Shown here: positions 27,759 to 37,143 of the stretch, in pieces
Layout of the letters: each line of letters starts with the position of its first letter
How positions within the stretch are numbered: position 1 is the first letter of the stretch
Source of the DNA: Bacteroidota bacterium
GTDB lineage: Bacteria; Bacteroidota; Bacteroidia; Bacteroidales; BM520
Assembly: GCA_002748065.1 (NCBI GenBank)
Contig: PDRJ01000035.1
Span: 47 to 64,046, forward strand
DNA: 64,000 nt
Reading direction: 5' to 3'
Position numbers and translations under genes: made by a program
The notes under the pieces: model-generated
The model's database searches: none
The model's input: the letters and a program-made list of their open reading frames with translations, nothing else
What the model was told of the DNA's origin: nothing

Positions 27759-29096
27759 ATGCAAGCTCTCACCGCAGTAGGCCCCATTGATGGGCGCTAC
27801 CAAAAGACAACGGCTCCTTTGGCGCAATACTTCTCGGAATATGCGCTTATCCGTTACAGGATCATGACAGAGGTGGAGTATTTCATCGCCCTTTGTGAGA
27901 TCCCGTTGCCCCAATTGAAAACAGTTGATCCCAATCTCTTGGAAGATCTTCGCGACATCTACCGCTATTTTACACCGGAGAATGCGCAGGCTATCAAAAA
28001 AATTGAAGCGGTCACCAACCACGATGTAAAAGCGGTGGAGTATTACCTCAAAGAGCAATTCACCCATATGGGGTTGGCTCCCTATCTGGAGTTCGTCCAT
28101 TTTGGACTCACTTCCCAAGACATCAACAATACGGCCATCCCCATGTCGCTACGTGATGCCTGGCATGAAGTACTCCGTCCAGCCTATTTAGCGATCATAG
28201 AGAAGTTAGAAGCGTTGGAGGAGGAGTGGGCAGCAATCCCCATGTTGGCTCGCACCCATGGCCAGCCGGCCTCTCCTACCCGACTGGGCAAAGAGTTGGG
28301 CGTTTTTCGGGAGAGATTAGAAAATCAACTAACACAAGTGGATAGCATTCCCTTTTCAGGAAAATTCGGCGGTGCCACCGGGAACTTCAATGCCCATCAC
28401 ATTGCCTTTCCTCATATTGACTGGAAAGCGTTTGGCGATCACTTTCTGACCAATTATTTATCCATTAGGCGCCAACAAACCACCACTCAGATTGAGCACT
28501 ACGACTTCATGGCGGCACACTTTCACGCCCTCTCCCGCATCAATACAATCCTGCTGGATCTGGACAGGGATCTTTGGAATTATATCGCCATGGACTATTT
28601 CAAACAACGGATAAAAAAGGGAGAAGTAGGCTCATCGGCCATGCCCCACAAAGTAAACCCCATTGATTTTGAGAACTCCGAGGGGAACCTGGGGATCGCC
28701 AACGCCCTCTTCCGCCACCTGGCAGAAAAGCTCCCCGTCTCACGGCTACAACGCGACTTGACCGACAGCACCGTTACCCGAAACATTGGCGTACCTTTTG
28801 CCCATACCCTCATTGCTTGTCGATCCACCCTCAAAGGGCTCTCCAAACTCATTCTCCATAAAGAGAAACTCCACCACGACCTGGAAGAGAATTGGGCCGT
28901 AGTAGCTGAAGCGGTACAAACCCTTCTGCGAAGAGAAGGATATCCCAAGCCCTATGAGGCGCTGAAGGGGTTAACCAGAACCCATCATCGGGTTACCCAA
29001 GAGACCCTACATGCCTTCATTGACACCTTGGAGGTCTCTGACTCCATAAAGGAGGAGCTGAAAAAGATCACCCCCCACAACTACACAGGGATATAA
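27759..29096 (+). CDS. purB: adenylosuccinate lyase
   Basis: The ORF is 445 aa with ALTAVGPIDGRY, HFGLTSQDINNTA, ARTHGQPASPT and GSSAMPHKVNP motifs. Confidence 0.93.
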   Translation: MQALTAVGPIDGRYQKTTAPLAQYFSEYALIRYRIMTEVEYFIALCEIPLPQLKTVDPNLLEDLRDIYRYFTPENAQAIKKIEAVTNHDVKAVEYYLKEQFTHMGLAPYLEFVHFGLTSQDINNTAIPMSLRDAWHEVLRPAYLAIIEKLEALEEEWAAIPMLARTHGQPASPTRLGKELGVFRERLENQLTQVDSIPFSGKFGGATGNFNAHHIAFPHIDWKAFGDHFLTNYLSIRRQQTTTQIEHYDFMAAHFHALSRINTILLDLDRDLWNYIAMDYFKQRIKKGEVGSSAMPHKVNPIDFENSEGNLGIANALFRHLAEKLPVSRLQRDLTDSTVTRNIGVPFAHTLIACRSTLKGLSKLILHKEKLHHDLEENWAVVAEAVQTLLRREGYPKPYEALKGLTRTHHRVTQETLHAFIDTLEVSDSIKEELKKITPHNYTGI

Positions 29097-29173
29097 GATG
29101 ACAACGCGTGAAGAGCGTACGATATACCAATAAATTTACTACCTTCGCGGGCTGAATATTGAGCTATTAACGT

Positions 29174-29608
29174 ATGGATCTGACAAAAATTTTATCAATT
29201 GCAGGAAAACCGGGACTCTATAAGATGGTCGCCAATGTAAAAAACGGCCTTATCGTTGAGTCTCTTATTGACCAAAAACGCTTCCCGGTATTTGCCCATG
29301 AGAGAATCAGTTCACTGGAGGAGATTAGCATCTTCACCCTTGAAGAGGATATGCCCATGAAGGAGGTCTTCAAAAAAATTTCAGACCACCTTACACAACA
29401 TCCCGAAGAGAAGGAGGCAGCCACCGCCAAAGAGCAATTAACCCTCTTTGAAACGGTAATTCCCAACTATGACAAGGATCGTGTCTACAGCTCCCATATC
29501 AAGAAAATCTTTGCTTGGTACAGGTTGTTGCAGGAGAAAGAATTGCTCTCTTTTGAAGAAGAGGAGCAAGAAGAAGCACCAACTCCTGAGGAGACATCCG
29601 AAAAATAG
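29174..29608 (+). CDS. DUF5606 domain protein
   Basis: The N-terminus ILSIAGKPGLYKMVANVKNGLIVESL matches the conserved Bacteroidota small protein as I recall it. The tail is acidic. Confidence 0.65.
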   Translation: MDLTKILSIAGKPGLYKMVANVKNGLIVESLIDQKRFPVFAHERISSLEEISIFTLEEDMPMKEVFKKISDHLTQHPEEKEAATAKEQLTLFETVIPNYDKDRVYSSHIKKIFAWYRLLQEKELLSFEEEEQEEAPTPEETSEK

Positions 29609-29616
29609 TTATCTTT

Positions 29617-29641
29617 AAAGCCCGTAAGGGCTTTTTTTTTA
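29617..29641 (+). terminator. rho-independent terminator after the DUF5606 gene
   Basis: AAAGCCC-GTAA-GGGCTTT is followed by a T run of 8 or more. Confidence 0.7.
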
Positions 29642-29659
29642 ACCGATGACACGATTCTT

Positions 29660-30445
29660 ATGCACACCAAAAAACAGCTTTTAAACCTCCGGGTCGTTGA
29701 CCGGGTTGAGCTAAACCACCAGCACGTGGTCTTAACCTGCACCTCTGACGAAGTGCTTCCCCCGGTTCTTCCCGGACAGTTTGCCGAGATCAGTGCCGGA
29801 GATACGGGGAGGACCTACCTCAGAAGACCTTTCTCTGTCCACGACTACCACAAGGAGGCCAACACCCTCTCTTTTCTCATCCGAATTATTGGCAACGGCA
29901 CGGCGCTTATTGCCTCTACCCGGCCGGGAGATTCGCTCAGCGTCATCATGCCACTGGGGAATAGCTTCTCCATGCCTCGCAAGGGAGAGCGGGTCTTGCT
30001 AACAGGCGGAGGATCGGGAGTAGCCCCCCTCCTTCTACTGGCCAAGGCCATTGAGGAGCAGGGAGGGATTCCTGATATTCTTGTGGGAGCAAGGGATCGG
30101 GAGAACCTGATTGGAGATGCCGTCTTTGCACACATAGGGAATCTCTACACCACCACAGAAGACGGCAGTGTGGGGACAAAAGGCCTCGTCATTGATCACC
30201 CCATCATGCAACAATTGGAGAACCGATACTCACGCATCTACACCTGTGGACCGGATCCCATGATGAAAGCGGTGGCCGCCCTTGCCGAAGCCCACCACAC
30301 CCCCTGTGAAGTATCGTTGGAAAACACCATGGCCTGTGGCATCGGAGCATGCCTCTGCTGCGTTACAGAGACCCTGGAGGGAAATCAATGCGTCTGTACA
30401 GAAGGCCCTATTTTTAACTCAAAGAGACTCAAATGGCAACACTAA
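29660..30445 (+). CDS. pyrK: dihydroorotate dehydrogenase (1B) electron-transfer subunit
   Basis: An FAD/NAD-binding fold ([14 protein letters not shown]) and a C-terminal 2Fe-2S motif [10 protein letters not shown]...CVCTEGP are present. Confidence 0.88.
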   Translation: MHTKKQLLNLRVVDRVELNHQHVVLTCTSDEVLPPVLPGQFAEISAGDTGRTYLRRPFSVHDYHKEANTLSFLIRIIGNGTALIASTRPGDSLSVIMPLGNSFSMPRKGERVLLTGGGSGVAPLLLLAKAIEEQGGIPDILVGARDRENLIGDAVFAHIGNLYTTTEDGSVGTKGLVIDHPIMQQLENRYSRIYTCGPDPMMKAVAALAEAHHTPCEVSLENTMACGIGACLCCVTETLEGNQCVCTEGPIFNSKRLKWQH

Positions 30446-31347
30446 AAGTAACCCTTGATAAATTGACGCTTGACAATCCTGTCATGACCGCATCCGGCAC
30501 CTTCGGATATGGATTTGAATTTGACGACTTTATTCGGGTAAACGACTTGGGAGGCATTGTGGTCAAAGCCACCACCTTAGAACACCGGGAGGGGAATCCC
30601 TACCCCCGCATGGCCGAAACACCCCATGGAATGCTCAATGCCGTAGGCCTACAAAATAAGGGCGCGGCCTACTTTCGGGATGCGATCTATCCGAAACTAA
30701 AAAAATATACCATCCCCGTGATTGCCAATGTGTCGGGGTCTACCGTAGAGAGCTATGTGGAGGTGGCAAGAATCATGAATGAGTTGGATCATATTCCTGC
30801 CATCGAACTAAACATCTCCTGCCCCAACGTAAAAGAGGGCGGAATGGCCTTTGGAACCAGCTGTGCCTCGGCACAAGAGGTTACCAAAGCGGTGCGCAGT
30901 GTCTACCACAAAACCCTCATCGTAAAGCTCTCCCCCAATGTCACCAACATCACCGATATTGCCTTGTCTGTGGAACAGGAAGGAGCCGATGCCATCTCCC
31001 TTATCAACACCCTGTTGGGCATGGCCATCAATATTCACACCCAACGGCCGGTACTCTCTACCAACACAGGCGGGCTCTCCGGTCCCGCCGTGAAACCCGT
31101 CGCTCTACGCATGGTCTGGCAGGTTGCCAACGCCGTAAAGATTCCCGTAATAGGAATGGGAGGGATCAGCAACGCCGAAGATGCCATCGAATTTCTCTTG
31201 GCTGGAGCCTCTGCCATCCAAGTGGGAACAGCCAATTTCATCGACCCCACGGTCACGCTCAAAATCATCAAAGGTATTGATCACTACCTTGAATCCCACG
31301 GCTGTAAATCAGTAAACGAGATCATTGGCGCCTTAAAAACGAACTAA
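30433..31347 (+). CDS. pyrD: dihydroorotate dehydrogenase 1B catalytic subunit
   Basis: [27 protein letters not shown] and GMGGI motifs are present. The gene overlaps pyrK by 13 nt. Confidence 0.92.
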   Translation: MATLKVTLDKLTLDNPVMTASGTFGYGFEFDDFIRVNDLGGIVVKATTLEHREGNPYPRMAETPHGMLNAVGLQNKGAAYFRDAIYPKLKKYTIPVIANVSGSTVESYVEVARIMNELDHIPAIELNISCPNVKEGGMAFGTSCASAQEVTKAVRSVYHKTLIVKLSPNVTNITDIALSVEQEGADAISLINTLLGMAINIHTQRPVLSTNTGGLSGPAVKPVALRMVWQVANAVKIPVIGMGGISNAEDAIEFLLAGASAIQVGTANFIDPTVTLKIIKGIDHYLESHGCKSVNEIIGALKTN

Positions 31348-31348
31348 C

Positions 31349-32518
31349 ATGAACCAACCGAAGATCCTTATCATTGATGACGAAAAAAGTATCCGCCGAG
31401 CCTTACGGGACATCCTGGAATACGAAAAATACACCATCGACGAGGCCGAAGATGGTGTCCAAGGGCTTGAAAAGCTCAAAACAAACCCTTACGACCTCGT
31501 CCTATGCGACATAAAGATGCCCAAAATGGACGGGCAGGAAGTGTTGGACAAAGCCCTTCTGGTCAGCGATGTACCTATTGTTATGATCTCAGGACACGGC
31601 AACATCGAAACCGCAGTGGAATCCCTAAAAAAGGGAGCCTATGATTACATTGCCAAGCCATTGGATCTAAACAGGCTACTCATTACCGTAAGGAATGCCT
31701 TAGACAAAGGCCATTTGCTCTCCGAGACAAAACGTTTACGGAAAAAAATCATGAACACCGGCACTATGATTGGGGAGTCTCAACCCATCTTAGAGATCAA
31801 ACAGATGATTGAGCGCGTAGCCGACACCGATGCCAGGGTCTTGATCACGGGAGAGAATGGAACCGGGAAGGAATTAGTGGCCAAATCCCTCCACGAAAAC
31901 AGCAACCGTTCCAAAGCCCCTTTCATTGAAGTGAACTGCGCGGCTATACCATCAGAGCTTATTGAAAGTCAGCTTTTTGGACACGAAAAAGGCTCCTTTA
32001 CATCCGCACACAAGCAACGCAAAGGAGACTTTGAGCTGGCCAATAACGGCACCCTCTTCCTCGATGAGATTGGCGACATGAGTTTAAAGGCTCAGGCCAA
32101 GGTGCTCAGGGCACTTCAGGAGAATAAGATTACGCGTGTGGGCGGCGAAAAGGACATTGAGGTGAACGTACGTATTCTGGCAGCCACCAACAAAAACCTA
32201 AGCGAAGAGATCAAGAAAGGAAACTTTAGGGAAGATCTTTACCATCGGCTAAGCGTTATCATTATTGAAGTCCCTCCACTCAGGGAGCGCAAAGAGGATA
32301 TCCCACTACTAGCCCACCATTTTTTAATGACCATCACCTCCAAGATGGGACGCCCCCCCTTGGATTTCGCCCCCGAGGCCATAACAGAACTACAAAAGTT
32401 ACACTGGACGGGAAATGTACGAGAGCTTCACAATGTGGTGGAACGATTAGCCATTCTATGTGATAAAACCATTACGGGCGAGGAGGTCATCAAGTTTGCC
32501 CATCCGTTAAACAGGTAA
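31349..32518 (+). CDS. sigma-54-dependent response regulator (receiver + AAA+), no C-terminal HTH
   Basis: The receiver domain (ILIIDDE...DLVLCDIKMPKMDG) is followed by a Walker A motif (GENGTGKE), GHEKGSFTSA, LFLDEIGD and NVRELHNVVERL. The protein ends about 28 aa later. Confidence 0.88.
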   Translation: MNQPKILIIDDEKSIRRALRDILEYEKYTIDEAEDGVQGLEKLKTNPYDLVLCDIKMPKMDGQEVLDKALLVSDVPIVMISGHGNIETAVESLKKGAYDYIAKPLDLNRLLITVRNALDKGHLLSETKRLRKKIMNTGTMIGESQPILEIKQMIERVADTDARVLITGENGTGKELVAKSLHENSNRSKAPFIEVNCAAIPSELIESQLFGHEKGSFTSAHKQRKGDFELANNGTLFLDEIGDMSLKAQAKVLRALQENKITRVGGEKDIEVNVRILAATNKNLSEEIKKGNFREDLYHRLSVIIIEVPPLRERKEDIPLLAHHFLMTITSKMGRPPLDFAPEAITELQKLHWTGNVRELHNVVERLAILCDKTITGEEVIKFAHPLNR

Positions 32519-32542
32519 CCTCCACTTTTGGCATTTTTTTTG

Positions 32543-32550
32543 TATGTTTG
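32543..32550 (+). promoter_or_regulatory. -7 box TATGTTTG, 39 nt before the mature tmRNA 5' end
   Basis: Exact TAnnTTTG. A short processed leader is expected for tmRNA. Confidence 0.4.
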
Positions 32551-32589
32551 CACCCTGTACCGAAAGGTACAAAACCACAAATACATTGA

Positions 32590-32984
32590 GGGGCTGACTG
32601 GTTTTGACAGCAAGGATGATGGATTTGTAAGCATGTCGGGGGATGCAGATGGCCCCGTTCAAACGTTCTGTAAAACTATAATTGGCGAAAATAATTTTGC
32701 TCTCGCTGCGTAATCGAAGTACAGTAGATACGCTTCATCGCCGGTCGAGGACTGGCGACGGGACACTCTGCGAATGGACAGGCCTGATTCCGGTTCGATG
32801 TCGGGGTGCTCGCAACTTCAGGCTGCCTGTTACACCTCCTTGATGTAACAGTAAGAAAAAAGGATACGGTTGGGCTTGGGTGGATGTTTCCGGGCTCTTC
32901 CCGACAATTAACAACATCCTAAGCATGTAGAAAGCACTTTTGTCACTTGTTTGGACGCGGGTTCGACTCCCGCCAGCTCCACCA
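32590..32984 (+). ncRNA. ssrA: tmRNA (transfer-messenger RNA)
   Basis: The 5' GGGGCUG pairs with the 3' CAGCUCC-ACCA, including the G3:U wobble. A T-arm GCGGGUUCGACUCCCGC is present. The internal tag reading frame GENNFALAA-stop lies at 32684-32713. Confidence 0.9.
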
Positions 32985-33081
32985 AAGCAACGAGGAAGCG
33001 TAGAGATTGCAGGCCTTCCTCTCAAACCCAGCCTGGACAAAAAGCCACGGCAAGCCTCTTTCCATCCTTTCAGGAAATGTT

Positions 33082-33089
33082 TACTTTTG
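33082..33089 (+). promoter_or_regulatory. -7 box TACTTTTG, 16 nt before the gldA-like ATG
   Basis: Exact TAnnTTTG. It supports the shorter start at 33106. Confidence 0.45.
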
Positions 33090-33105
33090 CACCAAAACAG
33101 CGGAT

Positions 33106-34014
33106 ATGTCAATCAACATTACGGACATCACGAAGGAGTATGATGGCCAAAAGGCCTTAGACCACCTCTCACTCAACATCGTTCCCGGCGAGATTCTGGG
33201 ACTTTTGGGCCCCAATGGGGCGGGAAAATCCACGCTGATGAAAATCATCACCTGCTACCTCCCCCCCACCGAAGGAGATGTCACCGTATACGGAGAGAGC
33301 ATCCATGAGAACCCTCTGGCCATCAAAAAGTTGATCGGCTATCTTCCGGAACATAACCCGCTCTACCCTGAGATGTATGTGAGAGAATACCTGGAGTTTA
33401 TTGCGGGCATTCATCATATTCCGCAAAAAAAGAGACGAATTGATGAAATGATCAACACCATCGGCTTGGAGCGGGAAGTTCACAAAAAAATCGGAGCCCT
33501 ATCCAAAGGCTACCGCCAACGGGTAGGGCTGGGACAGGCCCTTATCCACGATCCCAAGGTACTCATCCTTGATGAGCCCACCTCCGGATTAGACCCCAAC
33601 CAGTTGGCAGAGATCCGCTCCCTGATTACCAACGTAGGTAAAGAGAAAACGGTCATCCTCTCCACCCATATCATGCAAGAAGTGGAAGCCATTTGCAACA
33701 GGGTGGTGATCATCAATAAGGGAAAAATTGTAACAGACAACCCCATTGACCAGCTCAACACAAAAGGCGTTAGCCTCTCTAAAATTGCCGTTGAGTTCTC
33801 CCAAGCCATCCCCAAAGAACGGTTAAAATCGATCACAGGAGTCGTCGAGATCGCGCAAGGAGAAACAAAAAACAACTACGAAATATCCTATACCCCCCAT
33901 ACAGACGTACGCCCCAAACTCTTTCACCTTGCAGTAGAAGAGGGAGTAGAGGTGCTCTCCATGGAGAAGAGAGAAGGGAAACTGGAAGAGCTCTTCCGAT
34001 CCTTGACAAAATAG
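33106..34014 (+). CDS. gldA: ABC transporter ATP-binding protein, gliding-motility GldA-like
   Basis: Walker A (GPNGAGKST), signature (LSKGYRQRV) and Walker B (LILDEPTSGLD) motifs are present, with an ABC-2-type C-terminal extension. The start is set at MSINITDITKEY behind a TACTTTTG box. The GldA assignment itself is by resemblance and context only. Confidence 0.7.
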   Translation: MSINITDITKEYDGQKALDHLSLNIVPGEILGLLGPNGAGKSTLMKIITCYLPPTEGDVTVYGESIHENPLAIKKLIGYLPEHNPLYPEMYVREYLEFIAGIHHIPQKKRRIDEMINTIGLEREVHKKIGALSKGYRQRVGLGQALIHDPKVLILDEPTSGLDPNQLAEIRSLITNVGKEKTVILSTHIMQEVEAICNRVVIINKGKIVTDNPIDQLNTKGVSLSKIAVEFSQAIPKERLKSITGVVEIAQGETKNNYEISYTPHTDVRPKLFHLAVEEGVEVLSMEKREGKLEELFRSLTK

Positions 34015-34335
34015 AAGCTCCAACATATTGCTATCCTATTTTTTTCATACCTTTGCCACGTGTGGAGAGATTTGTCTGATTGCAACCACGGTAAAATAAT
34101 GCTAAAACGGTTTTACCCCCCATCCAATCGCTCAAACCTTACCATATAATTTAATATAACGAAAAAAGAGAAGAAAAAATGGGAAAGGGAAAGAGAGGGA
34201 CTACAAGCATCTAACCGTTAGAAATCAAGGGTTACCCCTACACATTCAAAACCTAATTCCTCCCCCAACAGCCGAAAACGAAACATGAAGTATTTGGCGT
34301 TTCCCAACAGACAATAAACATAAACTTTTATAATT

Positions 34336-35673
34336 ATGTCAATAGATAAAACAACAAAAAAGAGGTATCTATTCACCTCAGAATCCGTAAGCGAGGGGCA
34401 TCCCGACAAGGTAGCAGACCAGATCAGTGATGCCCTGTTAGACGAATTTCTTCGTCATGACAAACGATCAAAAGTTGCTTGTGAGACACTCACTACCACG
34501 GGATTAGTAATGTGTAGCGGCGAAGTACGCACCCAAGGATATGTGGATATCCAACACTTGGTGCGGGAGACCATTCGAGAGATTGGCTACACCAAAGCCT
34601 CCTATCGCTTTGATGCGGACTCCTGCGGCATTATCTCCACCATCCACGAGCAATCCAGCGATATCTTCCAAGGAGTACAACGTGAGAGCGAAGAGGAGCA
34701 AGGTGCGGGAGACCAAGGGATCATGTTTGGTTTTGCCTCCAGAGAGATGGACAACTATATGCCCCTTCCCATCGAACTTTCTCATATGCTACTTCAAGAG
34801 CTTGCCGCAATTCGAAAGGAGGGAAAAGTGATGCCCTATCTTGCTCCCGACTCCAAAGCACAGGTTACCGTCGTATACGACGAAGAAGACAACCCTGTAT
34901 GCATCGATACCATTGTAATCTCCACCCAGCATGACGACTTCATCGAGCCGGAAGAGACTACCGAAGAGGCGCAAAAAGTGGCGGACAAGGCCATGCACCA
35001 CAAGATCACAGAGGATATGAAGCGTTATCTTCTCCCTCGCACAGAAAAACTCCTCCCGGAGCGCATCAAGAAACTTAACATTCATGATGCCAGGCTATTG
35101 GTAAACCCCACCGGAAAATTCGTGATCGGAGGACCTCACGGTGATACCGGACTTACCGGCCGGAAAATCATTGTGGACACCTATGGCGGTGTCTCCAGTC
35201 ATGGAGGAGGGGCTTTCTCAGGAAAAGACTCTTCCAAAGTTGACCGTAGTGCAGCCTATGCGGCTCGTCATATCGCCAAAAATCTAGTAGCTGCAGGCGT
35301 TGCAGACAAGGCACAGATTCAGGTGGCCTATGCCATTGGCGTTGCCGAACCTGTGGGCGTATACCTCAACACCTACGGCACCAATAAAACAAGCCTCTCC
35401 GATGGAGAGATTGCCTTAAAGATCAAAGAGATCTACGATCTTCGCCCCTATGCCATTGTGAAAAGATTGGGATTACAAAACCCTGTCTTTAAACCCACAG
35501 CATCCTATGGCCACTTTGGACGCGACTCCTATGAAAAAGAGGTTGAAGTCTATTATCAGGATGATACGACCTATACCAAAAAGGAAGCCCCCGGGAAATT
35601 CTTCAAAAAGGCAACCTTCTTTGCCTGGGAAAGATTAGACTATGTGGAAGCCTTCAAAGAGGCATTCCTCTAG
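34336..35673 (+). CDS. metK: S-adenosylmethionine synthase
   Basis: [42 protein letters not shown] and GGGAFSGKD motifs are present. This is the long Bacteroidota-type form (445 aa). Confidence 0.95.
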   Translation: MSIDKTTKKRYLFTSESVSEGHPDKVADQISDALLDEFLRHDKRSKVACETLTTTGLVMCSGEVRTQGYVDIQHLVRETIREIGYTKASYRFDADSCGIISTIHEQSSDIFQGVQRESEEEQGAGDQGIMFGFASREMDNYMPLPIELSHMLLQELAAIRKEGKVMPYLAPDSKAQVTVVYDEEDNPVCIDTIVISTQHDDFIEPEETTEEAQKVADKAMHHKITEDMKRYLLPRTEKLLPERIKKLNIHDARLLVNPTGKFVIGGPHGDTGLTGRKIIVDTYGGVSSHGGGAFSGKDSSKVDRSAAYAARHIAKNLVAAGVADKAQIQVAYAIGVAEPVGVYLNTYGTNKTSLSDGEIALKIKEIYDLRPYAIVKRLGLQNPVFKPTASYGHFGRDSYEKEVEVYYQDDTTYTKKEAPGKFFKKATFFAWERLDYVEAFKEAFL

Positions 35674-35700
35674 TGGTTCTTCCAATGACCCCTTCACCAA

Positions 35701-35740
35701 AAAGAGGCGGCTACGTTTTTCGTAGCCGCCTCTTTTTTTG
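35701..35740 (+). terminator. rho-independent terminator after metK
   Basis: GAGGCGGCTACG-TTTTT-CGTAGCCGCCTC is a perfect 12-bp stem followed by TTTTTTT. Confidence 0.85.
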
Positions 35741-35780
35741 CACGCAGGCTTTATCTACCCTGCTAGTTTCATTTTATTTA

Positions 35781-35904
35781 GAGTCCGTCTATAAAGTCCG
35801 ACTTCTTCGTTACGCTTCTCTTCCAAATGGTCATTTACCCTAGTAAACTCCCATTTTTCAGCCTTCGCAAGCCTCGAATTCGGACTTTCTGTATAAACGC
35901 TCTA
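35781..35904 (-). mobile_element. MITE-like intergenic element, copy D (inverted, 5' end degenerate)
   Basis: The reverse complement aligns with copy A from AGCGTTT...GAAAGTCCGAATTCGAGGCTTGCGAAGGC to GACTTTATAGACGGACTC followed by TA. The left inverted repeat is missing, and the sequence runs into the stop codon of the 35902-36627 gene. Confidence 0.5.
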
Positions 35905-36627
35905 TTTAACCACCAGTTTTCCTGTTTTCACAATATTATCATCCGCAATCACAGCGTAAAAATAGACCCCACTCAACAAATCATTGACAGGGAGTGTCAC
36001 GGTGCCTTTTTTATTCTCCAGAATATTTTCTCTCACTTTACTTCCTGTAAGATCGTACACCACAAGACTTGCTATGGAAGCGTGATTCAAATCAAAATCA
36101 ATGCGGCCGAAGTCCGTTACAGGGTTGGGGTAGATATCAGAGACTTGATACAAATCATTTTCTCCAATACCCTCGAAACCTGCTGTATATTTCACCCTGA
36201 TAGAGGCAGAGTCGTTGGGGTTAGCTCCATCGAAAAAGGTATAACGGATCACCGAAGTACCCTTTTGGCCTTTGGGAAAATAGTGGCCGGAAAACTCCCC
36301 ATCTCCACTAATCTCTCCCGCACCCAAGGTCACCGCGCGTTCAGAAACGAAAGTACCATTGAGGTAACAACCGGCCCAACAGAACAGGTTTTCAGTCTCT
36401 TCCACAATGTGGATATAGCTCTTCTTACAGAAGATATCCTTACTATTTTCCGTGGCATTTTGAACATTAAGTTCAAAGGGAATCTCTCCTACTGTAGGCT
36501 CAGCAAGCAGCTCAACGACAGCATCATCCTCAATTTGGGTTCCTTCGTGATCAAAAAATAAAAACGACTGGGCAAACACCCCCGTCATAAACATCATCAA
36601 AAAAAGAAAAAGTAACGTTTTTTTCAT
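35902..36627 (-). CDS. secreted protein with T9SS type-A C-terminal sorting domain
   Basis: A signal peptide (MKKTLLFLFLMMFMTGVFAQ) is present. The C-terminus is IYPNPVTDFGRIDF...LVVYDLTGSKV...LLSGVYFYAVIADD..KTGKLVVK. Confidence 0.7.
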   Translation of the reverse strand: MKKTLLFLFLMMFMTGVFAQSFLFFDHEGTQIEDDAVVELLAEPTVGEIPFELNVQNATENSKDIFCKKSYIHIVEETENLFCWAGCYLNGTFVSERAVTLGAGEISGDGEFSGHYFPKGQKGTSVIRYTFFDGANPNDSASIRVKYTAGFEGIGENDLYQVSDIYPNPVTDFGRIDFDLNHASIASLVVYDLTGSKVRENILENKKGTVTLPVNDLLSGVYFYAVIADDNIVKTGKLVVK

Positions 36628-36659
36628 AATACAACTATTTAAATTTATACAATCCTCAC

Positions 36660-36667
36660 CAAATCTA
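36660..36667 (-). promoter_or_regulatory. -7 box TAGATTTG (minus strand), 32 nt before the ATG of the 35902-36627 gene
   Basis: The plus strand reads CAAATCTA. A second candidate, CAAAGATA, lies at 36704-36711. Confidence 0.35.
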
Positions 36668-36966
36668 CCTTCTGTAACACACAAAACAGGCCGATAGAAC
36701 GCTCAAAGATACGTTTTTTAACGCTTATAAATCACTTCCGATAAGATTTCTCCTGTTCTACAGAAGAGAAAAACAGCTCTCAGCGGTAAAAACAGCATCA
36801 CCATAAGAGAAGACACCCGGTAAGACCCTTAAAATCAAAAAAAAGTTGCCTTAAAAGCTAAAAAAGATTGGTAGTTAGGAAAAAATGGATTATTTTCGCG
36901 CCATTGTTATTACAGCATGTAATCATGCTGTATTGTTTCATTTTGGTTGAGGGATTAGGTAATGAA

Positions 36967-37000
36967 AGAGTCTGCTGAAAAGCGGGCTCTTTTTATTTTT
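36967..37000 (+). terminator. rho-independent terminator (candidate sORF/sRNA unit; possibly bidirectional for hutU)
   Basis: AGAGTCTGC-TGAAAA-GCGGGCTCT forms 9 bp including two G:U pairs, followed by TTTTTATTTTT. Confidence 0.55.
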
Positions 37001-37143
37001 GCCCCCCGACAAAGGGGGTTCTATACCACACGACGTCTACCACAAAGAGGGGAGGGAGGGGAGCATGCCTGTTCTTTTTGCAAACACTCGTTAATGGCCA
37101 ACGGCTAAAACCACTGACCATTAACGATCATTGCTCACTTACC

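Noticed and set aside
32528-32545. A sigma-54-like -24/-12 element (TGGCAT-N6-TTGT, correct GG-to-G spacing) lies just after the sigma-54 activator gene.
   Set aside because: The -12 element is GT rather than GC. The site lies in a T-rich tract that also contains a good sigma-A -7 box for ssrA. A single weak match is not evidence.
32985-33105. I looked for a genomic island or integrase at the 3' end of ssrA, a common integration hotspot.
   Set aside because: Only 121 nt separate ssrA from the next housekeeping-type gene. There is no integrase and no duplicated ssrA 3' end in the window.
32735-33160. ORF-track entries 32735-33112 (-), 32940-33143 (+), 32951-33160 (+) and 32528-32713 (+).
   Set aside because: They overlap the tmRNA gene or its flanks. 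The 32528-32713 frame merely contains the tmRNA tag. The 33007 start of the next ORF also runs into ssrA, so the gldA-like gene is started at 33106.
33535-33550. A DnaA-box-like TTATCCACG, together with the presence of dnaN, was considered as a hint of oriC.
   Set aside because: It is a single imperfect box inside a coding region. There is no cluster of boxes, no AT-rich unwinding element and no dnaA nearby.
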